A stretch of 64,000 bases of DNA, taken from NCBI GenBank assembly GCA_013265495.1, contig MU060485.1, forward strand, positions 1,518,599 to 1,582,598. Reading direction: 5' to 3'. Both the position numbers and the translations under genes were made by a program. This document shows, piece by piece, positions 1-13,147 of this stretch (positions are counted from its first letter, which is position 1; every line of letters begins with the position of its first letter). The stretch comes from Vicugna vicugna. Lineage: Eukaryota. The notes beneath the pieces are model-generated. The model searched no databases. It had not been told where the DNA came from and was given only the letters and a program-made list of their open reading frames with translations.

Positions 1-450
1 GTGCTTTGCATAAAAACCAGAAGTGGAATAGCTGGGTCATATGATAGTTTTATTCTTAAGTTTTTGAGGTATTTCCATACTGTTTTTTATAGTGATTGCA
101 TCAATTTATAGTCTCAGCAATAGTGTACGAGGGTTCCCTTTTCTCCAAAACCTCTCTAACATTTGTTATTTTGTGTATTTTAGAGAATAGTCATTCTAAC
201 AACTGTGAGGTAGTATCTCATTGTGGTTGTGACTTGTGATATTGAGCATCTTTTAACGTGCCTGTTGGCCATCTGTATGTCTTCTTTGGAAAACTATTCA
301 TATGCTCTGCCCATTTACTTGGGTTTTTTGTTGTTATTGAGTTGTGTGGATTCTTTATCTACTTTGTGAATTAATTCCTTATTGGATAAATGTTTTGTAA
401 ATATCTTCTCCCATTTAGTAGGATACCTTTTTCATTTTGCTATTTATTCA
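1..450 (-). mobile_element. LINE-1 fragment (ORF2 3' end / 3' UTR junction region), truncated by window start
   Basis: Typical antisense L1 text: ggaatagctgggtcatatg, gagggttcccttttctcca, attgagcatctttt..gtgcctgttggccatctgtatgtcttctttgga. Confidence 0.9.
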
Positions 451-519
451 TTTGTTTCCTTTTACCTTTTTATGTCTTTATTCGTTTCCTGCCTTCTTTG
501 AGACTAATTCAGTATTTTT

Positions 520-2620
520 AGTACTAAATTTTTTTTTGCTTATTTCTATTCTTTTCCTAAGATTTATTTATTTATTTGTTTAGTTGTTGTTGTTGTTCTA
601 GGCCTAAAAAATATGCAACCTAACTTACTGAAGTCTGTGTAACGTTAATATTGCATGACTTCCACTTCCTACTTTTCACTTCACATCTGACACTTCCTTC
701 CATTTCTTTCTTGATAAATTTAATAAACTTACAACAATTTAATTTCATTTACTCATATCTTCATTTTTATACTATCATTTTCGCATTGTTTTCTTCAACA
801 AATGTTATAAAAGTAGTAGTTTATTTTACCTCTTTATTTACCATTTTCAGTGTTTTTATATCTTCCAATAGAGATGAGTTTCCATCTTGCATTATGTTCC
901 CTCATTCTGAACAATTTTGTTTTTACATTTCTTTTAGTGAAGTCTTGCTGTTAAAGAATTCTATCAGATTTAATTTATTTGAACATGCCTATATTTTATT
1001 CTTGTTTTTGAAGGGTATTTTCACTGGATACAGAATTCTGGGTTGACAGATTTTTTCTTTTAGCATTTAAAAAAATGTTCTTGCATTATCTTCTGCTTTC
1101 CATTATTTTGAAAAATCAGCTATAATTGATATAATTGTTAGCTCTCAGTTGATTGTTTTCTCCTTGTATGTAATGGGTCTCTTTTCTCGGACTATTATTC
1201 AAGAATTTCTCCTTATATTTTCTTTTTAGTAGTTTGAGTATGATGTAATAGATGTTTTCTTTATATTTAGCCTATTCCGCGTTTGTTGAGTTTGAGTACA
1301 TAAATCAGTGTTTTTCATCAAAACTTGGAAAAATTGGACCATTACTTCCTCAAATACTTCTATGTTACATTCAGCATCTCTCCTACTTATAGAACTCAAG
1401 TTACATACATGTTAAGACCATTTTTCTATCATCCAGGTCACTATTGCTCTCTTCAGTTTTCTTCAGTCTTCTTGCTATTCTTCAGATTGGATAATTTCTA
1501 TTGACCAATCATCAAATTTGCTGAGTCCTTCTCTCATCTGTTGATAAGCCCTTTCAGTTATTTTCTTTTTTATTTCATTACTTTTAAGTTACAGAATCTC
1601 CATTTGATTCTTTTGTTATTTTAACTTTTCCTTTTCTGCTAAAGACCCCTTTTAGTTTACTTATTAATACCTTATTTTCCTTTAATCTTTGCATATATTT
1701 TTTTTTAGTTCTTAGAATGTATTTACAATAGTCTGTTTAACATCTTTGTTTATTACTGTACACTACATTTTGGATAATACATTGTAGAGAATATGGATTC
1801 TGTTATCTTCTAAGTGTCTTAATTTTGTTCTAGTAAGAAATTCAGTTGTTCATTAAACACCTTGATTTGTGTAAGCATGATTTTCACTTGGTTAATGCAG
1901 ATCTGACAGAACCATGAAGTATTTCCCAAGACACCACAACATTCCAGCATTCAAATTCCTCCAAATTATATATTTCTTGATGTTGGTTGTCAGGGCCTGG
2001 TTCTTCATTTTTTTGGGCAGGTCTAGAGCAGTCTGTACCCAACTTTGTGATGTCTCAACTGGATTGCCAGGATACCCCTTCTGTTTTATTACCTATGGAT
2101 CTGTATCTCTGTCTGAGTAAGACTGCAGCTTCCAGCAGTATTCAACATCTAATGTTGAGCTCAACCCTATGCCACCTGTTTTCTGATAAGTCTGATGAAG
2201 TCTCACCTTGCACATAGGCAGCCCAGCCTTTAAAAAAGGGCTAGCCCGAGCCCTCATACAGACACTTCTGCCCATCCCCTCCATTGTTTCTTCCTGTTTG
2301 ATGCCCTGGCCTTCAGAATTCAGCTGCTCCAACTCCCCTAAATCCTGTTATCTCCCTCCTCAACTCAGTAGGACCTCCATATTCTCTCTGAATTCCAGCT
2401 CACTGTGCCAAGGTCAGAAAATTGTCTCCAGGATGAAAACTGGGGTGATTTGTGGACTCATCTCATGGGATTCCTCTTCCCTCAATGTTTGCAGTATTGC
2501 ACTGCCTGTCATCCAGTGCCTAAAAATAGGGGTCTCATACATCTTGTCCAGCTTTATAATTATTCATGTCAGAAGGGATTGATTTAATATTAATCAATCC
2601 AGATAACTCATTGTATCTAG
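520..2620 (-). mobile_element. Old, decayed LINE-1 (L1M-type) fragment
   Basis: T-rich antisense L1 motifs (cactggatacagaattctgggttgacag, ttggaaaaattggaccattacttcctcaaata, ctgcactgcctgtcatccagtg); boundaries approximate. Confidence 0.7.
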
Positions 2621-5600
2621 ATACAAAAGTCCCCTCTGTTTATAAGATTTTTAAAAAGATTATAATATTCTTGCACAAGTCTTCAAGGATATATTCAAAA
2701 ATCCTGTTTTACTTGGTCTATAAACTGTGTTTATCTCAGATATAAGTGAGAGAGGGAGGAAATTAATAATTTGGTTAACGATCTGACTCTAATTTCTAGC
2801 ATCTGTATATTTCTCATGGTTTGTTGATTCAATGCCATTTCTGGTGTTGACCACTACATTTCTCTGTTTTCCTTTGACTTAGTTTAACCTGGGTCTGTCA
2901 CTTACCACAAGAAGAGTCCTAACTAATTCTGACAAAAAAGAGTCTAGGGAAATGAAGATTAATTCAAGCGAATTTATTCAACATGGATGGGGCAACCTAA
3001 ATTTTGCTAGTTAGATGAATTTTTTTAAAGGAATTTAGGCCTTGATACCTGCTGTTTTGCTTACAATAAAAAGATTAAGTAAATGTATCTCTTTTATTCC
3101 CCCCCATTCTTTCCCACACCTGCTAAAGGGGAAATATTTTGGCTTTGCTTACTTTGGGTTTCTCAGATTTTAGTAATCAACGAAATAGGAATGAAAAGTA
3201 TCATTAAGTGTGCTTGTTCACCATCTGATTTCATTGGATATTTCATATCTTGTACACTGTGGTCTAGGGCTTTGCTTGATTTAAATCTTTAAATACTCCA
3301 CATATTTTAAATGCTTATCCTAAAAGTGATTCCACTCATAATCTTAGGCAAACTGTCTATGTCTCAACTCTTTAAAGATTACCAATTTTATCACTACTTA
3401 TGGAACAGAAAGTTAAGGTGGTTAATGACTGCCGAACACATCCCTATTCGTACAACAAAGAACTTGCTATTTCCTCTTCAGGAATTGATGGTGGTTAATT
3501 ACATTACCTATCTTCACACAGAATAATTAGGACCTGGTATAGAAGCTGCCATATAAACTATTTGATTGCTTGCACAGAGTTTCAAAAGGAATTATGTTTG
3601 TTAGCATGAGAAAGGCATAGCATATTCAAATTGAATACTTATTAATTAGCTATGTTTAAATAAAAACTTACACAAGTTTAAGCCATGAATGTAATGTTCC
3701 CTTCTTTTTAAATTTTTATTTATACTATTTATATGAACAGGCTATGGTAATGAGATGAGGGGATGCCTTAAACAAGTCAGAACCAAATTTTATAGCTTGG
3801 CTAGGGAAAGGAAAACACTAGCGCTTTTAAAATAAGACTTACAATGAATGTTTATGGAACTAGATTCAGGAGAGGCTGGTAAGTAACTGCCTTTAACTCA
3901 CCGAAGGGAAATAAATAATTTTATCCATCAAGGTGAAAAACTAGCAGATCCAAATGTACATTCAAATCATTTATCACTCATGAATTTAATCAGAAAATTA
4001 GTATGTATTGAAGATTCTGGCATCTAATTTATGCCTTAGTCTGGTGGGTATGCAGGGAATTGGAGATTCTGTCAGGTTGAAAACAAGTATGGTTTCGGTT
4101 GAGGACTGGGGTTACGCAAGGTATGCAGCTGATCCGCCTACATTTCCCAGCGCTGTGTCCTTACCCTGTAAGCCATTTTTATCCCTTCCTATTTTTTCTG
4201 ACGTTATTGAATATGAGAACAAAAGCATCTGTCTGAAAAAATACATTTCCGAAAAGGCTACATAAGGCAAGTTCATCCAAGCATACTGTGTTATTTGCTC
4301 CCAAGACATTCTTTTCCACTTTGTTTTGATTATCTGTCTTGGCTTGCTGTCAGCATCAGTTTTAGATTTTTGGTTTTCTTGTGCAAACCTTGGTGTGTGT
4401 CTGCATGTGTGCATGTGTATATGTGTGGAAGGTGTGGAGGAGAGTCAAATCAAAGAGAAGCATGGTTACAAGATGATAGATTACTTTTTATGGAGGCTGT
4501 TCACAGGGCCACATCCTGGGGTAGTTCCACAGTTGCCAGCACCCTCTCCAACAGTCACGTCTACTGGAAGCTAGATGTTCTTCCTGAGAATGCCCTGTCC
4601 CACATGCACACAGCTCTACACCCTCCCACTACTCACCGCAGTGTCTGGTGCCTGGACCCCATCAGTCCTTACCTGACAGTGAGGATCTTCACGGTGTGAA
4701 TCAGAACTAGTCAGATTCTTCACCTCTAGCCTGTCTCCCTTGTCAGCATTTTGCTTCCATAGTTTCCTCTGATAAACCTCAGAGGTTTACCCTGGAGTTG
4801 GGTCTTTGAGGATTGCTGCTCTTTAGGGGCACTGGAACTTTGACTGAGTTTTTTGGGGGTGGTAGTGTTTCTATGAATGACTACTGGATAGAGTTCCACC
4901 CTTATCAGGAGTTGGAAGAAATGAATGAATCATTCATTCATTGGTTCAGTGAGCACTGGCTCTGAGCTCAAATGGCTAGACAGTGACTTTTGCCAGAAAG
5001 AAGAGGTGGATGACAGGCCTAGGCCAATAATTTAAACTTAAAAGGAAAATGTCATGGCAAAGATGGAAACGAGAGAAAATTCTCCCGGGGTTTAAACCAC
5101 ACGTTAAGTCTGGATCGTATTACTGGTGCTCTTCAGAAAGGGGCCTCTGATGTCTTTGTGCTTCTTTACCATGAATCAGTTATGCAAGCTGTCTTGTTAG
5201 TAAAATGTATTTATCCATGTTTCTTCTGTTTTCCTTCTTCTCTGCCTTCCAGCAATCAAGCCACGGCCACTCTTCTTTGGTTATGTTCATGTTGTTTATA
5301 TGAGCGTTACCTACAAGACCAGAACATGCTTGAATTTTCCATACCATGTGAGGCCAGGTAGAGCCATTCTCCCTGTGCTCTGCCATCCTTTCCTCAAGGT
5401 AGTTTTGATCATACTTCAGTTAAATGCTTGTCTCTTGTTGAAGCATCTGTTATTTATAATCGTGCTACAGCACTTCTGAGCTTTTCATATGTGCCTGGCC
5501 CTAGGCATTGACAGGGGGATGTATCAGTGAAGAGGATGCAGGGACTGTTCACCCCTTTTCTGACCACTTACACATGGCAGGTGTGCTTCCCTCCAAGTAA

Positions 5601-7349
5601 AGTCAGCCTGTCCCAGGCATTCCCAAAGGACCATTCTTTCCTTCATTCTGTCTTCATACTCCTGCAAGCTCTTACCATCCTGGCTCACCAAAGCCCTGAT
5701 TCTTTGCCTGGCTTTCCATATCCATGGCTGACACCCCAACTTTGCCAACATTTTCCTCCTTCCTCTTTTGCCTAATCGGTCTTGCTCTGCAAACTCCTTT
5801 GATTGTGGCATTACTGGTAACTTCTAGTTAAAGTAATGCATAGCAGTCTTCCTTACAGAAGAGAGAAGATAACAGTCACTATCTGGAGCTCAGAAGAAAG
5901 AAAAAGAATTGTTATGTGTTAGACAGTGAGAAGTACCTCATTTATATTATTTATTTTAGTATAGTACCAGAAATATATGAAATATATGATGCCAAGTGAA
6001 AGAAGTATACATAGAATAAAGGGATAACATAACAGAGGGAGATACTCTATCTGGGTCTTGAGGGTGTGGCTAAATGCTCTTTATACATGAGGGGATTGTT
6101 GTCTTGGTGACCATGAAGATGGTGCTGGCCAACTACTGGGTAGACACAGCATGTCTACTTATCTCCTGGCCTCTCTTGTTGTCCTCCGGTGCATCCTACA
6201 CGTGGCCGCCGGAGAGAATAAACCTCAGTGACTTCCCATTACATTAGGATGCTCATATTCTTTCAGGGGTGGACAAGGATGTTGATCTGGCCAGTCCTTC
6301 CAAATTCAGCTCTGCCCATGGCTGTTCTTTTACTCACTTCACTCCAACCACGTTGGCCTCCTGGGTTCTCAGAAAGGAAAGGAACTTCCCGGCCTGGGAG
6401 ACTTTTCACATGCCTCAGTCCCACAGACGCTCCCCCACCCTCCCTGAAGGAATGGGCACGCTGTTGGAGTAGAGCTTGTGCGTCAGGCTGATTACCAGAC
6501 TGGAGGCATTTCCAACCAGTCTGTTCATCATACACAAGAAATTCTTACCTGACAACCCGGCCTGGTGAGAAATTTCATTTCCTAAAGCCTTAAACTGAGA
6601 TCCTCTGTTTCCCTCAGAAATACTAGCAAGTGACAAAGTTGAGTTTACTTAGGAAGTGGGTTTGCATATGGTTGAGGATATCAGTTTAAGTTTTCAGCTT
6701 ATCTTTGACAATTTAGACCTGGAAGTTTCCTTGCTCACGTTAGCAGTGTTGTGCATGTAGCTGGTTGTGGACTTTGAATTTGTGATCTCTGGTTCCTATT
6801 GCTATATTTTGTGTAATTGTTAGCTGTCACTGAATCAACAAACAATGAGCTAATCACATTTACTGTAACTGAATTAGTACTGGGCTACCACCTGTCTCAT
6901 TTCCCTAGATAACCTGGATTTTAGAGATTATTTTACTGTGGGGAAACTCTTAAGCTGTCCAGGAGGAATTGGTTTAGTTGGGACTGTTTTTCATATGTTG
7001 TGTCCTTTTTTTCTTTTTTAGCTACTTTTGCTTGAAAATCCCAGTGGATGTAATTTGGTAAATGTACTTCTTGGGATGGAGGTTGGAAAGTAATGGGATG
7101 ATTAACAATGCAGGTGCTTTTTTACTCTTCATTGGAAGACATCCACTTTGTATGTAGTTTTCTGAATAATTTCAGTCATTTAAAAACTGTCAGATAGCTT
7201 TATACAAATGTTACATCTAATGCTCCTCTCTCTGATTTCAGCTTTTTTTTTTCCCAAAATGGAGCTTTTTTAGTAACTCCAGCTTTGCACTATGAAATCA
7301 TGATTCTCAGAATCATAAAATATAAAGTTGTGAAGGAATCTTAGAACTT

Positions 7350-7480
7350 ATCAAGTCTAATATTTCCTAAATTTAGCTTGTTAAAAAAAAAATCACACAT
7401 GCCAAATCCACTGAATTAGACTCTGGGGATGGACCAGGGCCAGATATTTATTTCACTTCTCAAGGTGATTTTGATACAAA
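7350..7480. mobile_element. MER5-like hAT MITE remnant
   Basis: actgaattagactctggggatggaccagggccagatatttatttcacttctcaaggtgattttgat resembles the remembered MER5A consensus. Confidence 0.5.
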
Positions 7481-8643
7481 CAGTGAAAATCATTGACTAT
7501 TCTCCAGAGAGAGATCTCAGTTCTAGAGAAATTCAGCAACCTAGCCAAGATCACAAAGCTGGTTTGGATTAGTAAGAACTAAAATTTGGACACCTGGGTC
7601 AGTGGGAGTGTTCTCTCTAAGACATCAACAAATTAGACAAGTTAAAATATAAATTTTCCCTCATTATGAATGTAGTAGATGCTAACGACTGCTACACTTT
7701 GGCTAGTTTTAAGTTATGTGAATTTCACCTAATAAAAACAATATAAAAGTATTAGTTTTATTCAATCTATATGGAAGCAAGTGAATTCATTTTCTAAATC
7801 TCACCTAGATTGGGAACATATGTTATGTCTGGTTGGTGTTATAGCCGATAGGGAAACTGTCGATACGGATCATTCAAACTACTGAATCAGTTTTCTGGTC
7901 TGTAAGATGGGGGATGGGGATAACATCTTTGTTGTTGAGTTAATGTCATGCTTTGAAAGAGGATTTATGTGGCTGGTACAAATAGGTGGTCACTGCTAGT
8001 TTTGCTTCAGGATGTATAGCACGTTGTATGCTTTTTTCCTCTCCTCGTCTTGCCTACCATAGTGTCTTCCACATAGTAGGTGACCAACGATTTACTGATT
8101 GACACACTGATTGATGTACACACATAGAAATCAGCCCAGCCTTTTATTGGATAGAAAGAAATTTCCTTGAAACCTTCATTTGAGGGAGAGTTCAGCAAAT
8201 TCCATTTACTCCATATGTGAATGTTCTGCTTTCCTGAGTCTGATTAGGTTACAAGTTGTAAAGGCAGGGCTCGTTTTGTGGTAATTACAGCATTAAATGC
8301 ACCCAGAAGGCTATTATACACTGGCCATATCCAATGCATATAATAAATAATTAATTGGACAAATAAATAAATAAAAATTACAGCTCATAAAAGCTCTCAT
8401 TAACTTGCCTAGGACTAGTATGGCTCTTGCAATTAATTTTAAACTCTCTTGTTTCTCCTTTATTAAGTAAGCTGAAATGAAATAGAAATGATATAATTGT
8501 TTTTGCTTTCTCATTTGGAGAAATACTCAGGCGGGCTCAGCTCTCTCAGAGCACAGAAAATGAGCCTAGACCATCTCCATCAATACACAAATAACCTGAA
8601 GTTCTGAACAAAGATGGAATCACCCTTATCCCAGTGAATATAA

Positions 8644-8719
8644 ATATACATACACACATACATATATGTGTATATATATATACACACACACATACACACA
8701 CACACATACATATATATAT
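8644..8719. repeat. Compound (TA)/(CA)/(TACA) microsatellite
   Basis: Directly visible alternating purine-pyrimidine tract. Confidence 0.9.
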
Positions 8720-9540
8720 TCCAATGCAGAAGATAAGGTTGCCACATGTTTACAAAAAAAAAAAAAAAGATTTGTTTTGTCATTACCAAATCATTTCAGG
8801 GAAATAATTGGAATTTATCCCCTTTTTGTAGCCACTGTTTTGTGAAGCTTCTTTGACAGAAAGCCCATGTGCTCTATTTTAGTGGAGAAATACGCACATG
8901 GGCGGACTCGATACAGATTCATGTCTTAGTGATGACGTGTATCCTCCAGCCCCAAATTCCTGGTGGTAACCGTCAGAGGATGGAAAAAAGAACCCAGAAG
9001 TGAAGTTTGCCAGTATGTCTTCCAGGAAAAGTACTGAGTGAATGTTTTCAACTGTTCTGTGAAGACCAACTGATGTAATATTCAGGAGACTGAACATGAT
9101 GTGGTATTGTTTTATGGACTTTCGTAGCTCTTAAGGGAGCGTGGTGGTGGAAATGAACAGTGTTGGAGAGAGACCACTCCTTAGCACTGGTTTTACAGAC
9201 TCTCCTACAGGATGTTACAGGGACTCAGGCGGAGGACACATTCTATCCCAAGTCTAAATCTATAGATAGGGCACTAATTATCTATGCAGGAACACCTCTT
9301 TCCAGTTCATTGTTCTGGGCTCCTAAGAGCTTCAAATGTAATTTAATAATTACTTTTCTAATCCAAAAATCAGCAGATGAATGTCCTATATAGTTCATCT
9401 GAAGGGATCTTAACATGATTAAAATGAATCACCCAGGCTCATACAGATGCCTTGAATGGGCAATGCAGCACAGTGCAAGGAGAACCAGTCTAGAAGCCAG
9501 GATAGCTGACCAAGGCTGGAATCTCCCCCAGCAAGCTGTA

Positions 9541-9964
9541 TGTGATGTTTAACTCTCTCTGTCAGCTTGACTGGGGCACAGAGTGCCCAGACATTTGGGC
9601 CCAACGTTACTATTTTGGGTGGTTGCCATGGATCTTTCTGGAAGAGATTAGCATTTGAATGGGTAGACTGAGTCAAGGAGATTGTCCTCCCTAGCGTGGG
9701 TGGGCCCCATCCAATCACTTGAAGGCCTGAAGAGAACGAAAAGCTGGCCATACCTCAACTAGAAGGAGAATTCCTCCAGCCTGAACAGGAGCTAGGGCAC
9801 GATTTTTTCCTTACCTTCAGACTTCAGTGGAAACAATGGCTCTTCCTAGGTCTCGAGCCTGCCAGCATTCCGACTGGAAATAGAAACATTTGCTCTTCTG
9901 GGTCTCCAGCTGACGGCAGATCTTGGGACCTCTCAGTCTCCATGATCATGTAAGCCAAGTTCTT
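9541..9964 (+). mobile_element. MLT2 (ERVL) solo LTR, 3' end interrupted by an L1 insertion and lost in the gap
   Basis: Starts tgtgatgtttaact..gtcagcttgactgggg; contains gggtagactgagtcaagg, ccaatcacttgaaggcctga, cttgggacctctcagtctccatgatcatgtaagcc. Confidence 0.85.
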
Positions 9965-10317
9965 TTTTTTTTTTTTCAATTGAAGTATAGTCAGTTTACA
10001 ATGTTGTGTCAATTTCTGGTGTACAGCATAATGTTTCAGTCATACATGAACATACATATATTCATTTCATGTTCTTTTTCACTATTAGGTACTACAAGAT
10101 ATTGAATACAGTTCCCTGTACTGTATGGTATAAACTTACTGTTTATCCGATTTGGTGAGGACTTTCTTTGTAATTACAAAAGTAAGAGATACTCTACCAA
10201 AGTTCAGTAGGTGTTTTGTGTGAATTGTTCCATATGTAGATGTAGTTTTTTTTTGTATTCATGGGAGAGGTTGAGCACCGTGTCCTTCTACTCCACCATC
10301 CTGGTAGCCCTCCCCCT
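9965..10317 (-). mobile_element. Bipartite LINE-1: about 170 nt of 5' UTR joined directly to about 185 nt of 3' end plus poly(A), with TSD aagttctt
   Basis: Minus strand begins GGGGGAGGGCTACCAGGATGGTGGAGTAG (L1 5' end) and ends CTATACTTCAATTG-A14; aagttctt at 9957-9964 and 10318-10325. Confidence 0.8.
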
Positions 10318-10327
10318 AAGTTCTTAT

Positions 10328-10472
10328 NNNNNNNNNNNNNNNNNNNNNNNNNNNNNNNNNNNNNNNNNNNNNNNNNNNNNNNNNNNNNNNNNNNNNNNNN
10401 NNNNNNNNNNNNNNNNNNNNNNNNNNNNNNNNNNNNNNNNNNNNNNNNNNNNNNNNNNNNNNNNNNNNNNNN
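10328..10472. other. Assembly gap (145 N)
   Basis: N run. Confidence 1.
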
Positions 10473-10635
10473 TGTACTTATATATGGATTTTTTTTCCAA
10501 TAAATACGTATTACAGTACTGCATGAGCTGCAGTTGGTTGAATGCACAGAAGTGGATGTGTGATGCAGGGAAGGCTGACTGTAAGAATTTCTGACTTCGT
10601 GGCAGGTCAGTACCCCTAACCTCCACTTTGTCAAC
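10473..10635 (+). mobile_element. Tigger2/MER8-like Tc1-mariner MITE remnant
   Basis: acttatatatggattttttttccaataaatac ... gcagttggttgaatg ... ggtcagtacccctaacctccactttgtcaa match remembered Tigger2-family ends. Confidence 0.65.
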
Positions 10636-10644
10636 TCTCTCTCT

Positions 10645-10745
10645 TGCTGACTAATTCACTTTGGGACCTTGGGAAAATCAACACAGCTTTCTGAACCCCA
10701 GTTTTCCTTATTTGTGGAGTGAAAGAATTCAACAATATAAGGTCC
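10645..10745 (+). mobile_element. MIR SINE remnant
   Basis: gaccttgggaaaatcaacacagctttctgaaccccagttttccttatttgtggagtg (MIR core). Confidence 0.6.
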
Positions 10746-12989
10746 ATTGTAGCGCCAAGGTACAATCTAGCTCTTAAATTTATAATTTATATGACATTTC
10801 TTGGCTCCCTCAGAAACGTTTGTCTCATTATCCCTGGGAAGTGAACAGAATGTATTTGTTTTCTTTCATCTCCCCATTTGTCAGAGGCCTTTAAAAAATT
10901 CCTCTCTCTCCCTTCTTGATGTTCTGTTCTACCCTAGGCCACCCTGTGGACAGAGCAAAGGCCTCAGTTGGGAGCCGTGACTGGCTACACTCACCCTCTC
11001 TCTAAGCTGCTCTGCCAAAGGAGAGGCTTCCTCTCAAATAGAATGACTAGCAATAGGTTAGTTATGTTGGAAAAAAACAGCAAGTTTATTCAAGTATCAT
11101 GGTCCTCAGTGAAAGAAACACGGAAGGTACTGCGGTGCTGAAGTAGGTGGATCTTTTGTTATTATTTGCAAGACTCTCCCCGGTGGGCACTGCCCAGACC
11201 AGCCTGACGCCCCTCGTCCTCGTGGCTGGCAGCTGTGGAGCACAGTGGGACAGTCAGTTCCCTGGTTCTCCTCCCCGGTGAGCAAGGTCAGCTTTAAACA
11301 GCTTTGCTGTCAAGCAGCCTCATATTTGACTCCAAGCCTCTGACCTCACAAATCTTGAGGCTGGCACGGAAGTCGGTGAGCCCTTCTGCCTCCAGATTCC
11401 CCACAGGCCCTTCTCTCCTCTTACAAACAATGCCTCATCATGGCTCTGCCAGCCCACAGCAGAGCTGCAATTAGTCAGTGCAGCCATATTTCAACGGTAA
11501 TACAGTATTTTCTTTCACCGGGCATCCTTTCTTGTGGTCCCAAATTAAGCACCCACGAAAGAAAAACTGCCCTTGCACATTTGGCCCTTCCTATTAAATC
11601 ACAGAGCCGACTTTGAGCTTTGTCAAATGATTGTCAACAGAGAGGGTGAGATTACACTGTCATTTTCTTATTAGCATTTCATTTAAAACATTACCATATC
11701 GAATTGAGTTAATTCTCCTCCGGGTATAAATATTTAAATTTTCCAAGCTCCCATTATGTTCCTCGCCCCCATTTTATTCTTCACACAAGACAAAAATGAA
11801 CATGATCCACAGAAGTGTCTGTTAGTCTCACTTAAGGCAAGGAGGAGATGGAAGAGGAACGGTTCATGAGACGACAGATGTCCCAGGAAGGAAATATCTC
11901 CAAAATAAGACTCCTATATCAGCTCCTGTCTTCTTAAGTGACAGGGATGTTCCCAACTAAAATTATATCTGGCATGTCATTTCAAGTAAATGAGCTAAAT
12001 AATGATGATGTCTGCAGATAGATACATGTTTATATGTAATAGGTTACTTGAAGGTACTTTCTGTCGGGGCAGAACCCTTTTGGGATGTGCCCACTTAATC
12101 CTGCTCTTCTCCCTTGTGTCACTGACATCTCCAGGTCACCATCAGGAAGCTAGACACTCCATGGGAACAGTCCTGGAAAAGGAAAGAAAAGATCTAGTTT
12201 CCACTTTTGCTTCTGCTTCCGGAACTGTGGGCCAGCAGAGCACTAACGGGTCGGTCTGTATGGATGGGGCATTGTGTGGACCAGCTCAGAAAGATTAATT
12301 GACGGTTCCAGTTCTCTGAAGTTAGTTAGTGGCCAGAGATTGGACTAGAAGGACAAGGGTGAGCAATCTGCTTGTCCAGTTTTTGATTTGCCTGGCCACA
12401 CATGTCCACTCTCTTACCTTTGACACTGCGGCCATAAGTTAAAGATTGATGATGAAAACACTTGATAATCTGGGAAGCATTTTACAAAATACTGGGTAGG
12501 CTTGTGGCATTCCACACTAATGCTAAGAGGTTGTTTTTATTTTGCACGCAGCTGTGTAATAACTGAGCCCCGGGACAGCCCGCAGGACAATTGTGAATAT
12601 AGCAATGCTTGTCTTTGGTCTCTCTGAGAGAAAAAAATATGGAGAGGTGTGGCTATTGTGCTATATTAACATTTAGTTGTGCACCAATGACCAGGAGAGA
12701 ATTGCCAATATCTGTGAGCAGGGCTTTACTTGAAGGTGTGATCACTCTGGGTATGAGTCTACTGGAGAATCTACGTTTTTTAAAATGAGGACAAAAACTC
12801 AGAGGGTCTACACAGGTGAGCTACAGAGTTTGAATTTGTCTGTCTTGGTCTTGATTATAAATATATCATATATATGTGTAAAATGAAAATTATGTATGCT
12901 TGTATATGTCTATGTTTACTTCATATGGAGGCCTCATTTCCCTCCAAACTTTTCCGAAATGACTGAAGTAGTCTCTAAAATGCAGTTCT

Positions 12990-13147
12990 GGAGGAGAGGA
13001 TATAGGTCAGTGGTGGAGCGCATGCTTAGCATGCACGAGGTCCTGGGTTCAATCCCCAGTACCTCCATATAAATAAATAAAAACCTAATTAACCTCCCTT
13101 TCCAAAAAAATAAATAAATGAAGTAAAATCAATATTTAAAAAAAAAA
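12990..13147 (+). mobile_element. tRNA-derived SINE, camelid vic-1 type
   Basis: Head gaggatataggtcagtggtggagcgcatgcttagcatgcacgaggtcctgggttcaatccccagtacctcca (A/B boxes), A-rich tail, TSD gcagttct at 12982-12989 and 13148-13155. Confidence 0.9.

Noticed and set aside
4920-4942. Perfect palindrome aatgaatgaat-c-attcattcatt
   Set aside because: Explained by L2-type (AATG)n tail sequence in opposite orientations.
8883-8965. Possible 83-nt plus-strand exon (ttttag/..tggtg/gtaacc)
   Set aside because: Weak donor, length not a multiple of 3, and no recognisable peptide in any frame. It cannot be supported without RNA data.
12990-13065. SINE heads (also 18331-18410 and 41355-41430) as true tRNA genes
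   Set aside because: They have TSDs and A-rich tails and lack a complete cloverleaf/acceptor stem, so they are retroposed SINEs.
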